Positions 9,599 through 19,105 of a stretch of 64,000 nt of DNA are shown piece by piece. Position numbers and translations under genes: made by a program. Origin of the DNA: a virus. A model generated the notes under the pieces. The model searched no databases. It saw only the letters and a program-made list of their open reading frames with translations, and was not told where the DNA came from. Numbering within the stretch: the stretch's first letter is position 1; every line of letters starts with the position of its first letter. The DNA lies in IMG/VR virus record IMGVR_UViG_3300020121_000439, positions 4,307-68,306 of that record; one strand, given 5' to 3'.

Positions 9599-10570
9599 GT
9601 GGACGATCCAAATCTTGCTACTCAGGAATTGGAAGGCGCAGGACAGCCCGGCGCGGAAGGTGGGGCTGGCGGTGGAGGCGCGGAAGGCGGCGCACCCAAC
9701 GAACCGTTTCTGCAAGTAAACGAACGCACCATTTACAAGACTCCGGACGAGGCGAAAGCCGGCTTCGTCGAAGCCCAGAAAACGATCACTTCGCTTTCGG
9801 GAATGAAAACGCTGGTTGAGAGTTATGTGGGCAAGGGAAACGCCTCGCCCGAAGTAATCAAATCGCTTTTCGAGGAGTTGGTGGCGGCGCGGGCGGAGAA
9901 AGCAGCGGCGGCGGCCAAAACGAAGAATACTTCTTCGGGTGGCGACGATGACCCTCGGTTCGAGGGTAAGTCGGCGGAGGAAATCAAGGCGATTAAGGCG
10001 GCGGACAAGTGGTACAAGGAGCAGGCCGAGAAACACGGGTTTGTTTCGAAGGACCAGGTGGACTCGCTCAAAGCCGAGATTGAAGCATTGAAGGGCGCGC
10101 CCGAGAAACAACTCGAAGCCGCCAACTCCGATGCGATCCGCACTGGACGGGAATGGCTGGATTCGCAACTCGCCGCTTCGAAACTCGCGTTAACCGACGG
10201 GGAGATGAAGAAGTTGACGGGCAGGATCCAGGCGTACGTGGACGGGGACGAGGAAACGCTCGGGAAATGGTGGAGCGCGGTACGGAGCGGGAATGTTGAC
10301 GCCCAGCGCGCGATTATCAAGGAAGCTGCGGAATACGCGCTTCCGTCCATCAAAGCCGGAGCGAAGTTCGGTCCTCCCACGGCGCCGTCCAAGACCAAAG
10401 CACAACTCATGCAGCGCACTGCGAGGCCGCTGCCCCAGCAAGGAGCCCCCAAGAACGACGCCGACAACCAACGGCGCTCGATCATGGCTGAGCCGAAGGG
10501 CCTGAGGAGCAAGAAGCTCACGGCCGAGGCGGACAAGTTCCTGGCGGAGGCACTGGCGGCGCAGGAGTAG
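9599..10570 (+). CDS. capsid scaffolding protein
   Basis: Acidic/Gly N-terminus, helical coiled coil, directly before capsid gene. Confidence 0.7.
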   Translation: MDDPNLATQELEGAGQPGAEGGAGGGGAEGGAPNEPFLQVNERTIYKTPDEAKAGFVEAQKTITSLSGMKTLVESYVGKGNASPEVIKSLFEELVAARAEKAAAAAKTKNTSSGGDDDPRFEGKSAEEIKAIKAADKWYKEQAEKHGFVSKDQVDSLKAEIEALKGAPEKQLEAANSDAIRTGREWLDSQLAASKLALTDGEMKKLTGRIQAYVDGDEETLGKWWSAVRSGNVDAQRAIIKEAAEYALPSIKAGAKFGPPTAPSKTKAQLMQRTARPLPQQGAPKNDADNQRRSIMAEPKGLRSKKLTAEADKFLAEALAAQE

Positions 10571-10626
10571 AGCACGGTACGTGCTCGGGCGGCGTGAGTC
10601 CCAACCTGAAGGAATGGTGAATTAAC

Positions 10627-11913
10627 ATGGGTTTAGATACCAGCGTAGCCGGCGGACTTTTGAAAAAGGTCTACGAGCCGGATATGCGCGAGCAATTGAA
10701 CAATGAGGTGCCGGCGCTCAAATTCTTCGTCGATGGCGAGATGGACGACGGCAAGTGGGAAGGCGATTCGATCAACATCTCGCTGCACACGGGGCGTAAC
10801 GCGTCCGGTGTGAAGGCGATTGCGATTGATTCGGGATTGCTGCCGGTCGCGGGCAACCAGGCAACCACCCTGGCGAACGTGCCAATCCGCAAATGGATGG
10901 GCCGGATTCAGCTCACCGCCGACATCATCGCGAAGACGCAGAGCGATCGCGGCGCGTTTATGAAAGCGGTCGTGCTGGAGCAAGAGAAGTTGGTGGATGA
11001 TTTGAGCCGCCAACGCAACCGCGGGATCAATTATTTCGGCACCGCGACTCTCGCGACGGTGAGTCCGGGCGCGAACTCGATCACGCAAACGCTCACCGCC
11101 CCCGGCGGCGTCACGGGCACGACCAACATCATGCGCTTCATCCAGGTCGGAATGTTGCTGGCGTTCACGTCCAGCGACGGCACGATCCTGCGCGGGGTGC
11201 AGAAGGTCGTGTCGGTGAACAACGGCGCGGGGACATTAGTCCTCGACTCCGCTCTGAACACCACCACGGGCGATCTCGTGTCGATCGGCACCAACTCCGC
11301 CGCTCCAGGCGAGTCGTCCTACAACCTCGAACCGTACGGAATGCTCGCGCTCGTCGATGCCACGACTTATCAGTCCAACATCTTCGGGATCGATCGTTCC
11401 CAAGCGGCGAACGCGTATTTTCAATCGACCGTGCTCACTTCTGTGGGTTCGCTGAATCCCGATTTGCTCAACCGCGTTATTGATAATAACGAGGAAATCT
11501 CCGGGCGCAAAATCGCAAACTGGTACGCTCACAACTCGATCAAACGCGAGTTCTACAAGCTCACTGAGCAGGACAAGCGGTATAACGTGGCGCCGGGCGA
11601 CAAAGGCGCGAGTTTCCAGGCGGGACCGTCGAGGGATGGTTCGTGGGGATTCGGCGGGATCGACGGCACCGCGGATCGTGACGCGGCGTACGGCACGTTG
11701 TTTGGTCTGAGCGAGGGGCATTTTAAGCGTTACACCCTCGGGACGACCGGCTGGGCGGACGACGACAACACCGTCTTCCTGCGCCTGCCGAACCAGGACG
11801 CGTACGAAGCGCGGTATCGCTTGAGGGAGAATTTCTTCAACGATCAGCCGAATAGTTGTTCGAGGTTGGACGGCGTGACTGCGAGTGTGACTAGCGGCGC
11901 GTTCCAGGCTTAG
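10627..11913 (+). CDS. major capsid protein
   Basis: 428 aa after scaffold; LKKVYEPDMREQLN and GRIQLTADII segments; followed by terminator. Confidence 0.85.
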   Translation: MGLDTSVAGGLLKKVYEPDMREQLNNEVPALKFFVDGEMDDGKWEGDSINISLHTGRNASGVKAIAIDSGLLPVAGNQATTLANVPIRKWMGRIQLTADIIAKTQSDRGAFMKAVVLEQEKLVDDLSRQRNRGINYFGTATLATVSPGANSITQTLTAPGGVTGTTNIMRFIQVGMLLAFTSSDGTILRGVQKVVSVNNGAGTLVLDSALNTTTGDLVSIGTNSAAPGESSYNLEPYGMLALVDATTYQSNIFGIDRSQAANAYFQSTVLTSVGSLNPDLLNRVIDNNEEISGRKIANWYAHNSIKREFYKLTEQDKRYNVAPGDKGASFQAGPSRDGSWGFGGIDGTADRDAAYGTLFGLSEGHFKRYTLGTTGWADDDNTVFLRLPNQDAYEARYRLRENFFNDQPNSCSRLDGVTASVTSGAFQA

Positions 11914-11935
11914 TTTGGACGGCGTGACTGCGAGT
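11866..11935 (+). repeat. 21-bp direct repeat around the capsid stop codon
   Basis: TTGGACGGCGTGACTGCGAGT at 11866-11886 and 11915-11935. Confidence 0.9.
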
Positions 11936-11936
11936 T

Positions 11937-11964
11937 TGGGGGAGCCTTCGGGCTCCTCCTTTTT
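11937..11964 (+). terminator. intrinsic terminator after capsid gene
   Basis: GGAGCC-TTCG-GGCTCC followed by TCCTTTTT. Confidence 0.8.
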
Positions 11965-12043
11965 GCTACAATAGTCTTAGCATCTCTCCTCCTCCGTTCG
12001 GGTTTAGGCTCGGGCGGAGGGAGACGCGTTTTAGGAGGCTCTC

Positions 12044-12232
12044 ATGCGTAAGTTCGCTATCGCACTCGTTGTTTTCGTCGCTCTCTCCCTCGTCCCCGTC
12101 CACGCCGGGGTCGCGAAGTTCGCGTTCAAGCACGCGGTGAAGCCCGCAGCGCACGCGGGAGTGAAAGCCGCGAAGGCATTGGGGCACGGCGCGAAGAAGT
12201 CCGCGAAGTTCGCCGCGAAGGTGATTTGGTAG
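12044..12232 (+). CDS. secreted cationic amphipathic peptide
   Basis: AGGAGG RBS; signal peptide ending VHA; 41-aa mature part with 9 Lys and no acidic residue. Confidence 0.75.
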   Translation: MRKFAIALVVFVALSLVPVHAGVAKFAFKHAVKPAAHAGVKAAKALGHGAKKSAKFAAKVIW

Positions 12233-12260
12233 TTGACAATGGCACCAACATTATGATAGT
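12233..12260 (+). promoter_or_regulatory. probable sigma70 promoter for HNH gene
   Basis: TTGACA-16 nt-GATAGT. Confidence 0.45.
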
Positions 12261-12269
12261 GTAATTTGT

Positions 12270-12680
12270 GTGCCATACGCTTCGGCCTCTGCCCAAAAAG
12301 AGTATCAACGCCGTTGGATAGCAAATCGGCGTCGAGAATACTTTAACGGAAAAGTATGCGTAGACTGTGGCTCCTCGGATAATCTTGAGCTTGACCATAT
12401 TGACCCCGCTCAAAAAGTCGATCACAAAATATGGTCTTGGTCGGCGGATAGACGTGAGGCAGAATTAGCCAAATGCGTTGTTCGTTGCTTCTCCTGTCAT
12501 CGAAAGAAAACCAACCAAGATTTTAACTGGGGAATACTCGTTCACGGAAATGTTCATCGTGGATATCGTCGTGGATGTAGATGTGACCTTTGTCGAGCTG
12601 CGAACGCTCGCTCTCAAAGAGAATACCGCCAGTTTCAGACAATTCCTTCAGTAACGGCGGATTTAAGACCCGCTCAGTGA
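12270..12680 (+). CDS. HNH endonuclease
   Basis: CVDCG...LELDHIDP...CFSCHRKKT; AT-rich. Confidence 0.85.
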   Translation: MPYASASAQKEYQRRWIANRRREYFNGKVCVDCGSSDNLELDHIDPAQKVDHKIWSWSADRREAELAKCVVRCFSCHRKKTNQDFNWGILVHGNVHRGYRRGCRCDLCRAANARSQREYRQFQTIPSVTADLRPAQ

Positions 12681-12706
12681 GAGTTCGAATCTCTCCGACC
12701 GCACCA
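12657..12706 (+). pseudogene. 3' fragment of tRNA-Leu(TAA)
   Basis: Anticodon arm GCGGA-TTTAAGA-CCCGC, T arm GAGAG-TTCGAAT-CTCTC, 3' end CGACCGC-A-CCA; no matching 5' acceptor strand or D arm upstream. Confidence 0.7.
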
Positions 12707-12784
12707 CTCTGTTACACTATTATTAAGCCGCGAGGATTCTCCCGGAATCTCCCGCCGCCCCGTACCACCAAGGAGTTCTGCCAA

Positions 12785-13231
12785 ATGAGTAAATTGGTAA
12801 CGCTGCGCCTCACCGAAGACCCCGAAAAACTTACCGCCCTGCGCCTCACGAAAGGATTGAGGCAGTGGGGAGGGACGAAGGCGAAACCTTCGGGTCCCGA
12901 GCAATATATTGTGCGGATGGACGGCACCGCTTACGTGTTCGAAGCGGGCAAGGCGCTCGATCTCCCGGAGCGCATCGCGAAGTCGCTGGTGAGGAGTTCG
13001 GGCGTGTTCGCACACGGCACCGAGAAACAAACGCAATGGGGCGACACTTATATCTCTGCAATGGACTCGGATTTCGTGCCCGTGCTGGATATCCTGGACG
13101 AGTGGGAAGTGGGCACGCCGCGGCGCTCCACGATTTGTCCGTTGTGCATTACCGACCAGAAAACGGTCGAGGGGTTGCGCAAACACGTCGCGACGTGCGG
13201 GAAAGAGCCCGCGAAGGAAGTCGCGTTGTAA
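12785..13231 (+). CDS. hypothetical protein with C-terminal zinc finger
   Basis: AAGGAG RBS; CPLC...HVATC. Confidence 0.65.
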   Translation: MSKLVTLRLTEDPEKLTALRLTKGLRQWGGTKAKPSGPEQYIVRMDGTAYVFEAGKALDLPERIAKSLVRSSGVFAHGTEKQTQWGDTYISAMDSDFVPVLDILDEWEVGTPRRSTICPLCITDQKTVEGLRKHVATCGKEPAKEVAL

Positions 13232-13734
13232 TGGCTGATTTCAAAACAGCGTTTTTACGGACGATGGCGTTTGAGGACGATCCCACACATCCCGGGCGGG
13301 TCACGCCCGAGCCCCACGGAGGGCGCGCCAGGTTGGGCGTTAATTCGTTGGCCCACCCCGAACTGCCCGACGACTTTTGGACCAGTCCCTACGAGCACGC
13401 GCTGGAATTCGCCGAGAAATTGTTCGAACGCGATTACTGGGCGCCGCTGAAGCTCGATTCCGTCGCGTCGCAGGACGTGGCGAATAAGCTCTACGACATC
13501 GCGGTGAACCAAGGGGCGGGTACGGCGGCGCGGATGCTCCAGAGCGCGCTCGGAGTGAAAGTGGACGGCAAAATCGGGCCGTTTACGCTCGGCGCGGCGA
13601 ATTCGATCGAGAGCGGGGTGCTAGCCGAGAAGCTCAAGGCTTTAGCCGAAGCGCGTCATCGCAAACTCGCGGAAGCGAAACCCGAAGTTTACGGGCCGTG
13701 GCTCCGCGCCTGGCTCGAACGGGACGCGAAATAA
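13231..13734 (+). CDS. endolysin, glycoside hydrolase family 108-like
   Basis: DFKTAFLRTMAFE, YDIAVNQG and LQSALGVKVDGKIGPFTL motifs. Confidence 0.85.
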   Translation: MADFKTAFLRTMAFEDDPTHPGRVTPEPHGGRARLGVNSLAHPELPDDFWTSPYEHALEFAEKLFERDYWAPLKLDSVASQDVANKLYDIAVNQGAGTAARMLQSALGVKVDGKIGPFTLGAANSIESGVLAEKLKALAEARHRKLAEAKPEVYGPWLRAWLERDAK

Positions 13735-14372
13735 TGCGCCCTCCCGACCACATCGTTAACTTACTAACCGCGATGGATTCGCTCCTACGCGTCCGCTGGG
13801 GCTCGTTCGTGCAGAAATGGGTTGTGGACCGTGTTGCGGTGACGCCCGTGACCGAGCTTAAATGGCTGCTGCGCCGGCGTGAACGTTATGAGCGGTGGAT
13901 CCGGACGCGTGGGGAAGAGGGGAAGAAGTATGTTTCCGACCTCGCGTCGTTGAACGAGGAAATTGCGTCGATGCAGGACGTTCCAGCACGCCGGGTGATT
14001 ATCACCACGTCTGTGCTCGACATGAAAGTCTATGAGGCGTTGTGTTTGGGCGACATCCGAAAGTACGGCGGTTATTCGCGCTACGCCGACGAGATGGAGC
14101 GAGAGATGGATCGAGAGAGAGAGCGTTCACGTGCGTCCTACCTCTCCCGGGTCGAATCCGTCACCCACGAAGCGTACGGGCGCGGCGGGATACACGATTT
14201 CATGGTATCGAAGAAGCGGGTGGGGGTGTTGGGAGAGTTGCAGCGCGGAGAGAAGACGCTGGAGCAGATTTTAGGGCTGCGGCCCGGACAGTCCGTAGTG
14301 GGCGATTCGGCGCCGGTCGAGCCCACCCGCACACGAGTCCTTGTTGATACCCACGGACGCGCCCTCCTATAA
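13734..14372 (+). CDS. hypothetical protein
   Basis: Translationally coupled to endolysin. Confidence 0.65.
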   Translation: MRPPDHIVNLLTAMDSLLRVRWGSFVQKWVVDRVAVTPVTELKWLLRRRERYERWIRTRGEEGKKYVSDLASLNEEIASMQDVPARRVIITTSVLDMKVYEALCLGDIRKYGGYSRYADEMEREMDRERERSRASYLSRVESVTHEAYGRGGIHDFMVSKKRVGVLGELQRGEKTLEQILGLRPGQSVVGDSAPVEPTRTRVLVDTHGRALL

Positions 14373-14397
14373 ACTAGATTTACAGGAGCGTTTCGCG

Positions 14398-15114
14398 ATG
14401 TCCGTTTCATACGCCCAAATCCTCTCCGATGTGCAAGCCCGCATGGGAGGTCGCGCCAATGCCTCCACGCCGTCACAGTACAACTCCGCAATTAACGAGG
14501 GCGTGGCGGAAGTGTGGAAGGCGCTGGTGGCGACGGCGGACGATTTCTTTCTCCAGAGCACCACGACCACCGCTTCACAACTTAACACGTTCGTCGCGTT
14601 GAACACGACCACGCGCGAATACGCGCTGCCGGGAGATTGTTTACGGCCGCGTTTTATCGAAGTTCTCACTGCGGGCTACGAACGCGTTCAGTTTCTCTAT
14701 CGCAAGATTAACCACCCCGAGTTTATCGAACAGCGGAACGACGCGACTGCGAACGGCCCGGGGAGCACCTCGGCGTTCTCAAATTCGTTCCTCCCCGCTT
14801 ATTTTTACACGATCGGCGGGAAGGGAACGTTTATTCTCGCGAAATACCCTGAGGTCGCGTTTACGCTCAAAATCTGGTACGTGCGTGCCCTACCACTGTT
14901 GCAATCCGGCGGTTCGCTGGACGAAATGGTCGCGCCGTTCACCAACGACATCACGACGTTCGCCGTGAAGCGATTGCAGTCAATAAACGACCCAACCGCG
15001 TTTGCAATGTGGGCGGAGGCGTGGCGTTCTGGAATTGTGGGAACAATCCAGGCAATCGGTCCTCGCTCTGAAACTAATCCCGTCACCGCGATCGACGCCT
15101 CGTACATGGATTAA
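14398..15114 (+). CDS. head-tail adaptor / tail tubular protein A-like
   Basis: YAQILSDVQARM, INEG and EYALPGDCLR motifs. Confidence 0.7.
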   Translation: MSVSYAQILSDVQARMGGRANASTPSQYNSAINEGVAEVWKALVATADDFFLQSTTTTASQLNTFVALNTTTREYALPGDCLRPRFIEVLTAGYERVQFLYRKINHPEFIEQRNDATANGPGSTSAFSNSFLPAYFYTIGGKGTFILAKYPEVAFTLKIWYVRALPLLQSGGSLDEMVAPFTNDITTFAVKRLQSINDPTAFAMWAEAWRSGIVGTIQAIGPRSETNPVTAIDASYMD

Positions 15115-15120
15115 TGCGAA

Positions 15121-15687
15121 ATGATTACACAAGAATTCTGTCGGCGTGGCCATTTAAGAACTCAAGAAAATACGTACGCCTATGTTTGGCAAGGTCAAAA
15201 GAAACGCGCTTGTAAGATTTGCCGTTACGAATATGCCCAAAAACAAAACGTTTCTGATCCGAAACAGCTAAAGGCTCGTCGAGAATATCAAAAAACATGG
15301 CGCGAAAAGAATCGTGCTTCGGACAGAGCGTCTAAGGATAAGTATAAAACGAAGAACGCAGCTCAAGTGCGAAGACAAGCTATCCTTTATGCCCGTGAAC
15401 GCAATGCTCGCTTACGCCAACACATTTTAAATCTCTACGGTAGAAAATGTGCCCGTTGTAACTTTAGTGATGAGCGGGCTTTACAGCTTGACCACAAAAA
15501 GGGGTTCGCTAAAAAATACGAATTCAACGGCAAAAAATACCCTTATCGGGGGGTCATTCTTTATTCGCGAATTCTTCTAGGAGAACTGCCGCAAGATGAC
15601 TTTCAACTCCTCTGCGCTAATTGCAACTGGATTAAGCGACATGAGAATGGTGAATTTCATAAACGTTTACCCGATGGAGCGTTTTAA
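15121..15687 (+). CDS. HNH endonuclease
   Basis: CRRGH, CARC...LQLDHK...QLLCANCNWIK; AT-rich. Confidence 0.85.
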   Translation: MITQEFCRRGHLRTQENTYAYVWQGQKKRACKICRYEYAQKQNVSDPKQLKARREYQKTWREKNRASDRASKDKYKTKNAAQVRRQAILYARERNARLRQHILNLYGRKCARCNFSDERALQLDHKKGFAKKYEFNGKKYPYRGVILYSRILLGELPQDDFQLLCANCNWIKRHENGEFHKRLPDGAF

Positions 15688-15689
15688 AA

Positions 15690-17867
15690 ATGGGTAAATT
15701 AAACTCTACCAAAGATTCAGAAAGTTACATCTTCAATCTTTGCGGCTCAGAAGAAACCCTCGCTGGGCAGGATGCTCAGTCACCAAATACGGCTCGACGT
15801 GTGCTTTCTTTTGTGCCTTCAATCTCTGGTGAGCTTGCGCGAGAGTCTGGTCAAGCGAAATATTTAGCAACTCAAATCGGCGCACCTTCAAAAGTCGGTG
15901 CTTTAGCGCAATACGATTGGAATGACACGTCCGGTGTCCGGCACTCGGATCGTTTCGCGGCAACATCAACACAACTCTACCGGGAAGTTGGTGGAGCATG
16001 GATACTCCAGTCAATTATGAACCCCGCGATGGGATTGGTTACGACCACTCCGTTCACGGATTATCCGCAGTTCATTGTGTTGAACAACCTTTTGCATTTT
16101 TGCGACGGCGTGACCAACTGGATCTACGACGGCCCCAACGCGACCTTTGTAGTCGAGGGCTTCCCGATTCCCACGAACAAACCCGGGATTGATACGGGCA
16201 CGGCGGGCACGCTCACCACGACGGTCGGACGTTATTATTGGTACACGCTAGCGGACGAGACCGCTGGTCGCGTTCACGAATCCTCGACTTCACCGATCTC
16301 CGACACCACGGGCATCATCGTCAACAAAGAAGTCAAGGTGAGTGTGACGGCGGGAACCGCGTCGAGCACTCTCGGCGACACCCACGTTACGACGACGAGT
16401 ATTTTCACCGCGGCGATGGTCGGGCAGTATCTTTACATTAACGGGACGTTCATCGGTGTGTTCGCGTCGATCACGAACGCGACGAACGCGGTCTTGGCGG
16501 CGGGCGCGTTGGCGACCACGGTGGGTGGTGGGTACTTGGTCGTGCCGCCTCGAACCACGCACATTCATTTTTACGGTTCGGAGACCGAGGGCTCGAAACT
16601 CGGGAAGTTTCTCGGGCACATCGCCGTTACCGCGAACCCGCCCGTTTACATCGACCAGGCGACGTTTATCACGGATCCCACGTCCACAATTCAGAACGTC
16701 GATCGCCCAATCCGCAACGACCCACCGTTCGGCTCCCGTATTGTCGAGGTTCACAAATCGCGAATCTTCCGCCGGCAGGAGACGAAGCCAGCGTTCGTGG
16801 GGTTCTCCGCGAACGAAGAGGTGTCGAGCGGGAACGGGAACGGGTCGCCCCAGGAATCGAATCCTGGTCAGGCGGGCGCCGCCACACTAAGCGACATCGT
16901 GGACGTGTTCGCGTATCCGCAGGAGGCGAATCGTATTCGGGCACTAAAATCCCACGCCGACGCGTTGTGGATGGGAACGGAGTCCGGGATTATTCCGCTT
17001 TACGGTAATTCCATTGATGATTTCGGAATAATGCAGGTCGTCACGATTGACGGCGGGGTGATTTCGCGCTGGGGCATGGCGTCAACGTCACACGGGTTGG
17101 TGATTTTTGGGTACGATAAATTGCTGAAGAACTACCCGCCGATTTCGCCGATTTACGGAAATATCACACCACAAGATTTTAACGTGACGGACCAGCTCGT
17201 CGAGATCGGCCGGCCGATGCGGACGAAGTTCCTCACGATTCTCGCGTCGGATATTGATAACGTGCGGATTTTGCCGTACAAATACAACTCGCGGGATTGG
17301 TTGGTCGTGTGTTACCAGGACACCTCTAACGTCTACCACACCTACGTCTACGACTGGCCGACGAAGAGTTGGTGGGAATCGCAGCGGGGGTTTGTGAGTG
17401 TGGCGGTGTTTGAGCCCACGGCGGGGAACAAAATTCTCGTGGGCGGCGGAACGGACGGCTTCGTCTACGTGATGGACGATGTAAGCGGGACGTACGTGAA
17501 CGCGACGTTACCAGCGGCGACGTTCCGCACGGCGCTCATCAACTTCAACCGCCCCGACATCATGCACGTACCGGATTATATCGAGTACGAGACCTCGACC
17601 GCCGCGCTCGCGAACGACGTTACGATAAATTTCTACCTCGACCCACAGAACGCGGATTCGCCCGGGACGCCGTTTGGGCCGATGAACGCGGCGTTGGTGC
17701 CGGATTCCGCCTCCCGCTACCGCGCGTACTTCGCCGCGACGGACGGCGTGGTGGGGGTAACGTGCAAGAGATTGATGGTAGAGATTCTGGTGGCGGCGAG
17801 TACGAACGCCGGTTCGCTCCGGGGAATAATGCTGAAATCCGATCCCGCGAGCGAAACGATAAAATAA
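15690..17867 (+). CDS. tail nozzle / stabilisation protein (P22 gp10 or T7 gp12-like)
   Basis: 725 aa, beta-propeller-like repeats (YVYDWPTKSW, GGTDGFVYVMD), follows adaptor. Confidence 0.7.
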   Translation: MGKLNSTKDSESYIFNLCGSEETLAGQDAQSPNTARRVLSFVPSISGELARESGQAKYLATQIGAPSKVGALAQYDWNDTSGVRHSDRFAATSTQLYREVGGAWILQSIMNPAMGLVTTTPFTDYPQFIVLNNLLHFCDGVTNWIYDGPNATFVVEGFPIPTNKPGIDTGTAGTLTTTVGRYYWYTLADETAGRVHESSTSPISDTTGIIVNKEVKVSVTAGTASSTLGDTHVTTTSIFTAAMVGQYLYINGTFIGVFASITNATNAVLAAGALATTVGGGYLVVPPRTTHIHFYGSETEGSKLGKFLGHIAVTANPPVYIDQATFITDPTSTIQNVDRPIRNDPPFGSRIVEVHKSRIFRRQETKPAFVGFSANEEVSSGNGNGSPQESNPGQAGAATLSDIVDVFAYPQEANRIRALKSHADALWMGTESGIIPLYGNSIDDFGIMQVVTIDGGVISRWGMASTSHGLVIFGYDKLLKNYPPISPIYGNITPQDFNVTDQLVEIGRPMRTKFLTILASDIDNVRILPYKYNSRDWLVVCYQDTSNVYHTYVYDWPTKSWWESQRGFVSVAVFEPTAGNKILVGGGTDGFVYVMDDVSGTYVNATLPAATFRTALINFNRPDIMHVPDYIEYETSTAALANDVTINFYLDPQNADSPGTPFGPMNAALVPDSASRYRAYFAATDGVVGVTCKRLMVEILVAASTNAGSLRGIMLKSDPASETIK

Positions 17868-17876
17868 GGGTTTCCG

Positions 17877-18695
17877 TTAAACTCCACACATTCCTTCACA
17901 CTCGTTTCCAAATTTATTCACGTGATCTTCTTGGGGATCAAATTGAACTTGATCGATTGGTAATAAAGATTCGTGCAGAAATGGGATGCCTTCTGTTACT
18001 TCGTCGCTTTTAGTTAAGCGTTGATATTCTTGCTCCCACGCAGCCACTTTGGCGAACTCTTCTGGTTCTTCGGTTTTGAACTGAAGCCACATCGCATCGC
18101 TGTGATACGGACAGCGTTTGCAAGCGGATTTTGGTGGTTCGGGGAAGCCCTTCGCTCGCATCCACGCGTAACAATCATCCCGACTCATCCCTTTATCAAT
18201 CAGTGGCCAACTATTGACAATCCAAGGCACAACGGAATCTTTCATACGGTGTGCTTCATCTTTGGATATGCCCATCCAACAATTTACAAGAACCGGAGAT
18301 TTCGCGGGAATTCGTTTCAGGCCCAGCAGCTTTCGAATTTCTCTCCGAACCACGACGATCTTAAAATCCATCGTGCATTTCCGTGGCATCATACCTTTTC
18401 CACCGTCGGGTTTGAGAAGAAACACGGGGATTAGATTCTTGGTGTAGAGTCGTCCGGTCTTTTGACTCCGCCGCTGTTGAAGAGTGATCTGCATGAGATC
18501 ACCAGCGGTTGCTTCAATTACAGGGTAGGGTAGTTGTGTTTTGAGCCATGCCAACCATCTATACACCTTTTCGGGCTCGTCTTGGGTGTCGCCAAATATC
18601 GCCGCGTCGGGCATTGGCGTGATTTCACCGCACGCAGCCATGAGCGCGAGGGTGCTGGATTGAACTCCGGCTCCAAGACTGATTATATTTTTCAT
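17877..18695 (-). CDS. PAPS-reductase-like PP-loop protein
   Basis: IISLGAGVQSS, FGDTQDE, CTMDFKI, PKSACKRCPY and ECEGMC motifs. Confidence 0.75.
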   Translation of the reverse strand: MKNIISLGAGVQSSTLALMAACGEITPMPDAAIFGDTQDEPEKVYRWLAWLKTQLPYPVIEATAGDLMQITLQQRRSQKTGRLYTKNLIPVFLLKPDGGKGMMPRKCTMDFKIVVVRREIRKLLGLKRIPAKSPVLVNCWMGISKDEAHRMKDSVVPWIVNSWPLIDKGMSRDDCYAWMRAKGFPEPPKSACKRCPYHSDAMWLQFKTEEPEEFAKVAAWEQEYQRLTKSDEVTEGIPFLHESLLPIDQVQFDPQEDHVNKFGNECEGMCGV

Positions 18696-18883
18696 TTGGG
18701 TCGGAAGAGTACGGCTTGAGCCTTTCCAAGAAAATCGACTGTTCTGAACAGTTGCCAATGTTCTTTCTTCGCGGCTCAGAAAGGCACGTCAATTAGGTTG
18801 ACGGTTTGCCACTCGAAATCTTCAATTTTCAACGATCCGCATTTGTCAGCGGCCATTCCACACAGAGGACAGTATGTTTCCAT
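18692..18883 (-). pseudogene. small Cys-motif ORF with internal TGA
   Basis: METYCPLCG...DVPF*AAKKEHW...RPK*; internal stop at 18776-18778; final stop overlaps next ATG. Confidence 0.5.
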
Positions 18884-18891
18884 ATTTTGAG

Positions 18892-18920
18892 AGAGTACCA
18901 TGCGCGTAAACTAAAGTCAA
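18892..18920 (-). promoter_or_regulatory. sigma70 promoter of moron
   Basis: TTGACT-17 nt-TACTCT. Confidence 0.6.
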
Positions 18921-18934
18921 GGAGTCCGTCCGCA

Positions 18935-19105
18935 ATGGCCGTCGTCACCACCATACGTTTTTCGGATTTCGTGATCCTCTCGCAGCGACCGCTCGAATGG
19001 GCCGAGATCGAGGGCGTGCTCTACGCGACGGACGGGGTTAAGACGTGGGAGTTGAGGCAGGTCGCGGAGAACACGAATTTCAGTGGGTCGAAGGGGACGG
19101 CGTAG
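18935..19105 (+). CDS. small late protein
   Basis: TAAACTA motif and AAGGAG RBS upstream. Confidence 0.55.
   Translation: MAVVTTIRFSDFVILSQRPLEWAEIEGVLYATDGVKTWELRQVAENTNFSGSKGTA

Noticed and set aside
10966-10990. GCGGTCGTGCTGGA as the missing 5' half of tRNA-Leu
   Set aside because: It lies inside the capsid coding sequence and cannot form a D arm; probably chance.
11911-12050. Stop-codon readthrough extension of the capsid protein
   Set aside because: The downstream frame runs through a terminator hairpin and does not look like a protein domain.
18776-18778. Genome-wide stop-codon reassignment
   Set aside because: TGA, TAG and TAA all terminate well-defined genes elsewhere; only one internal stop was noticed.
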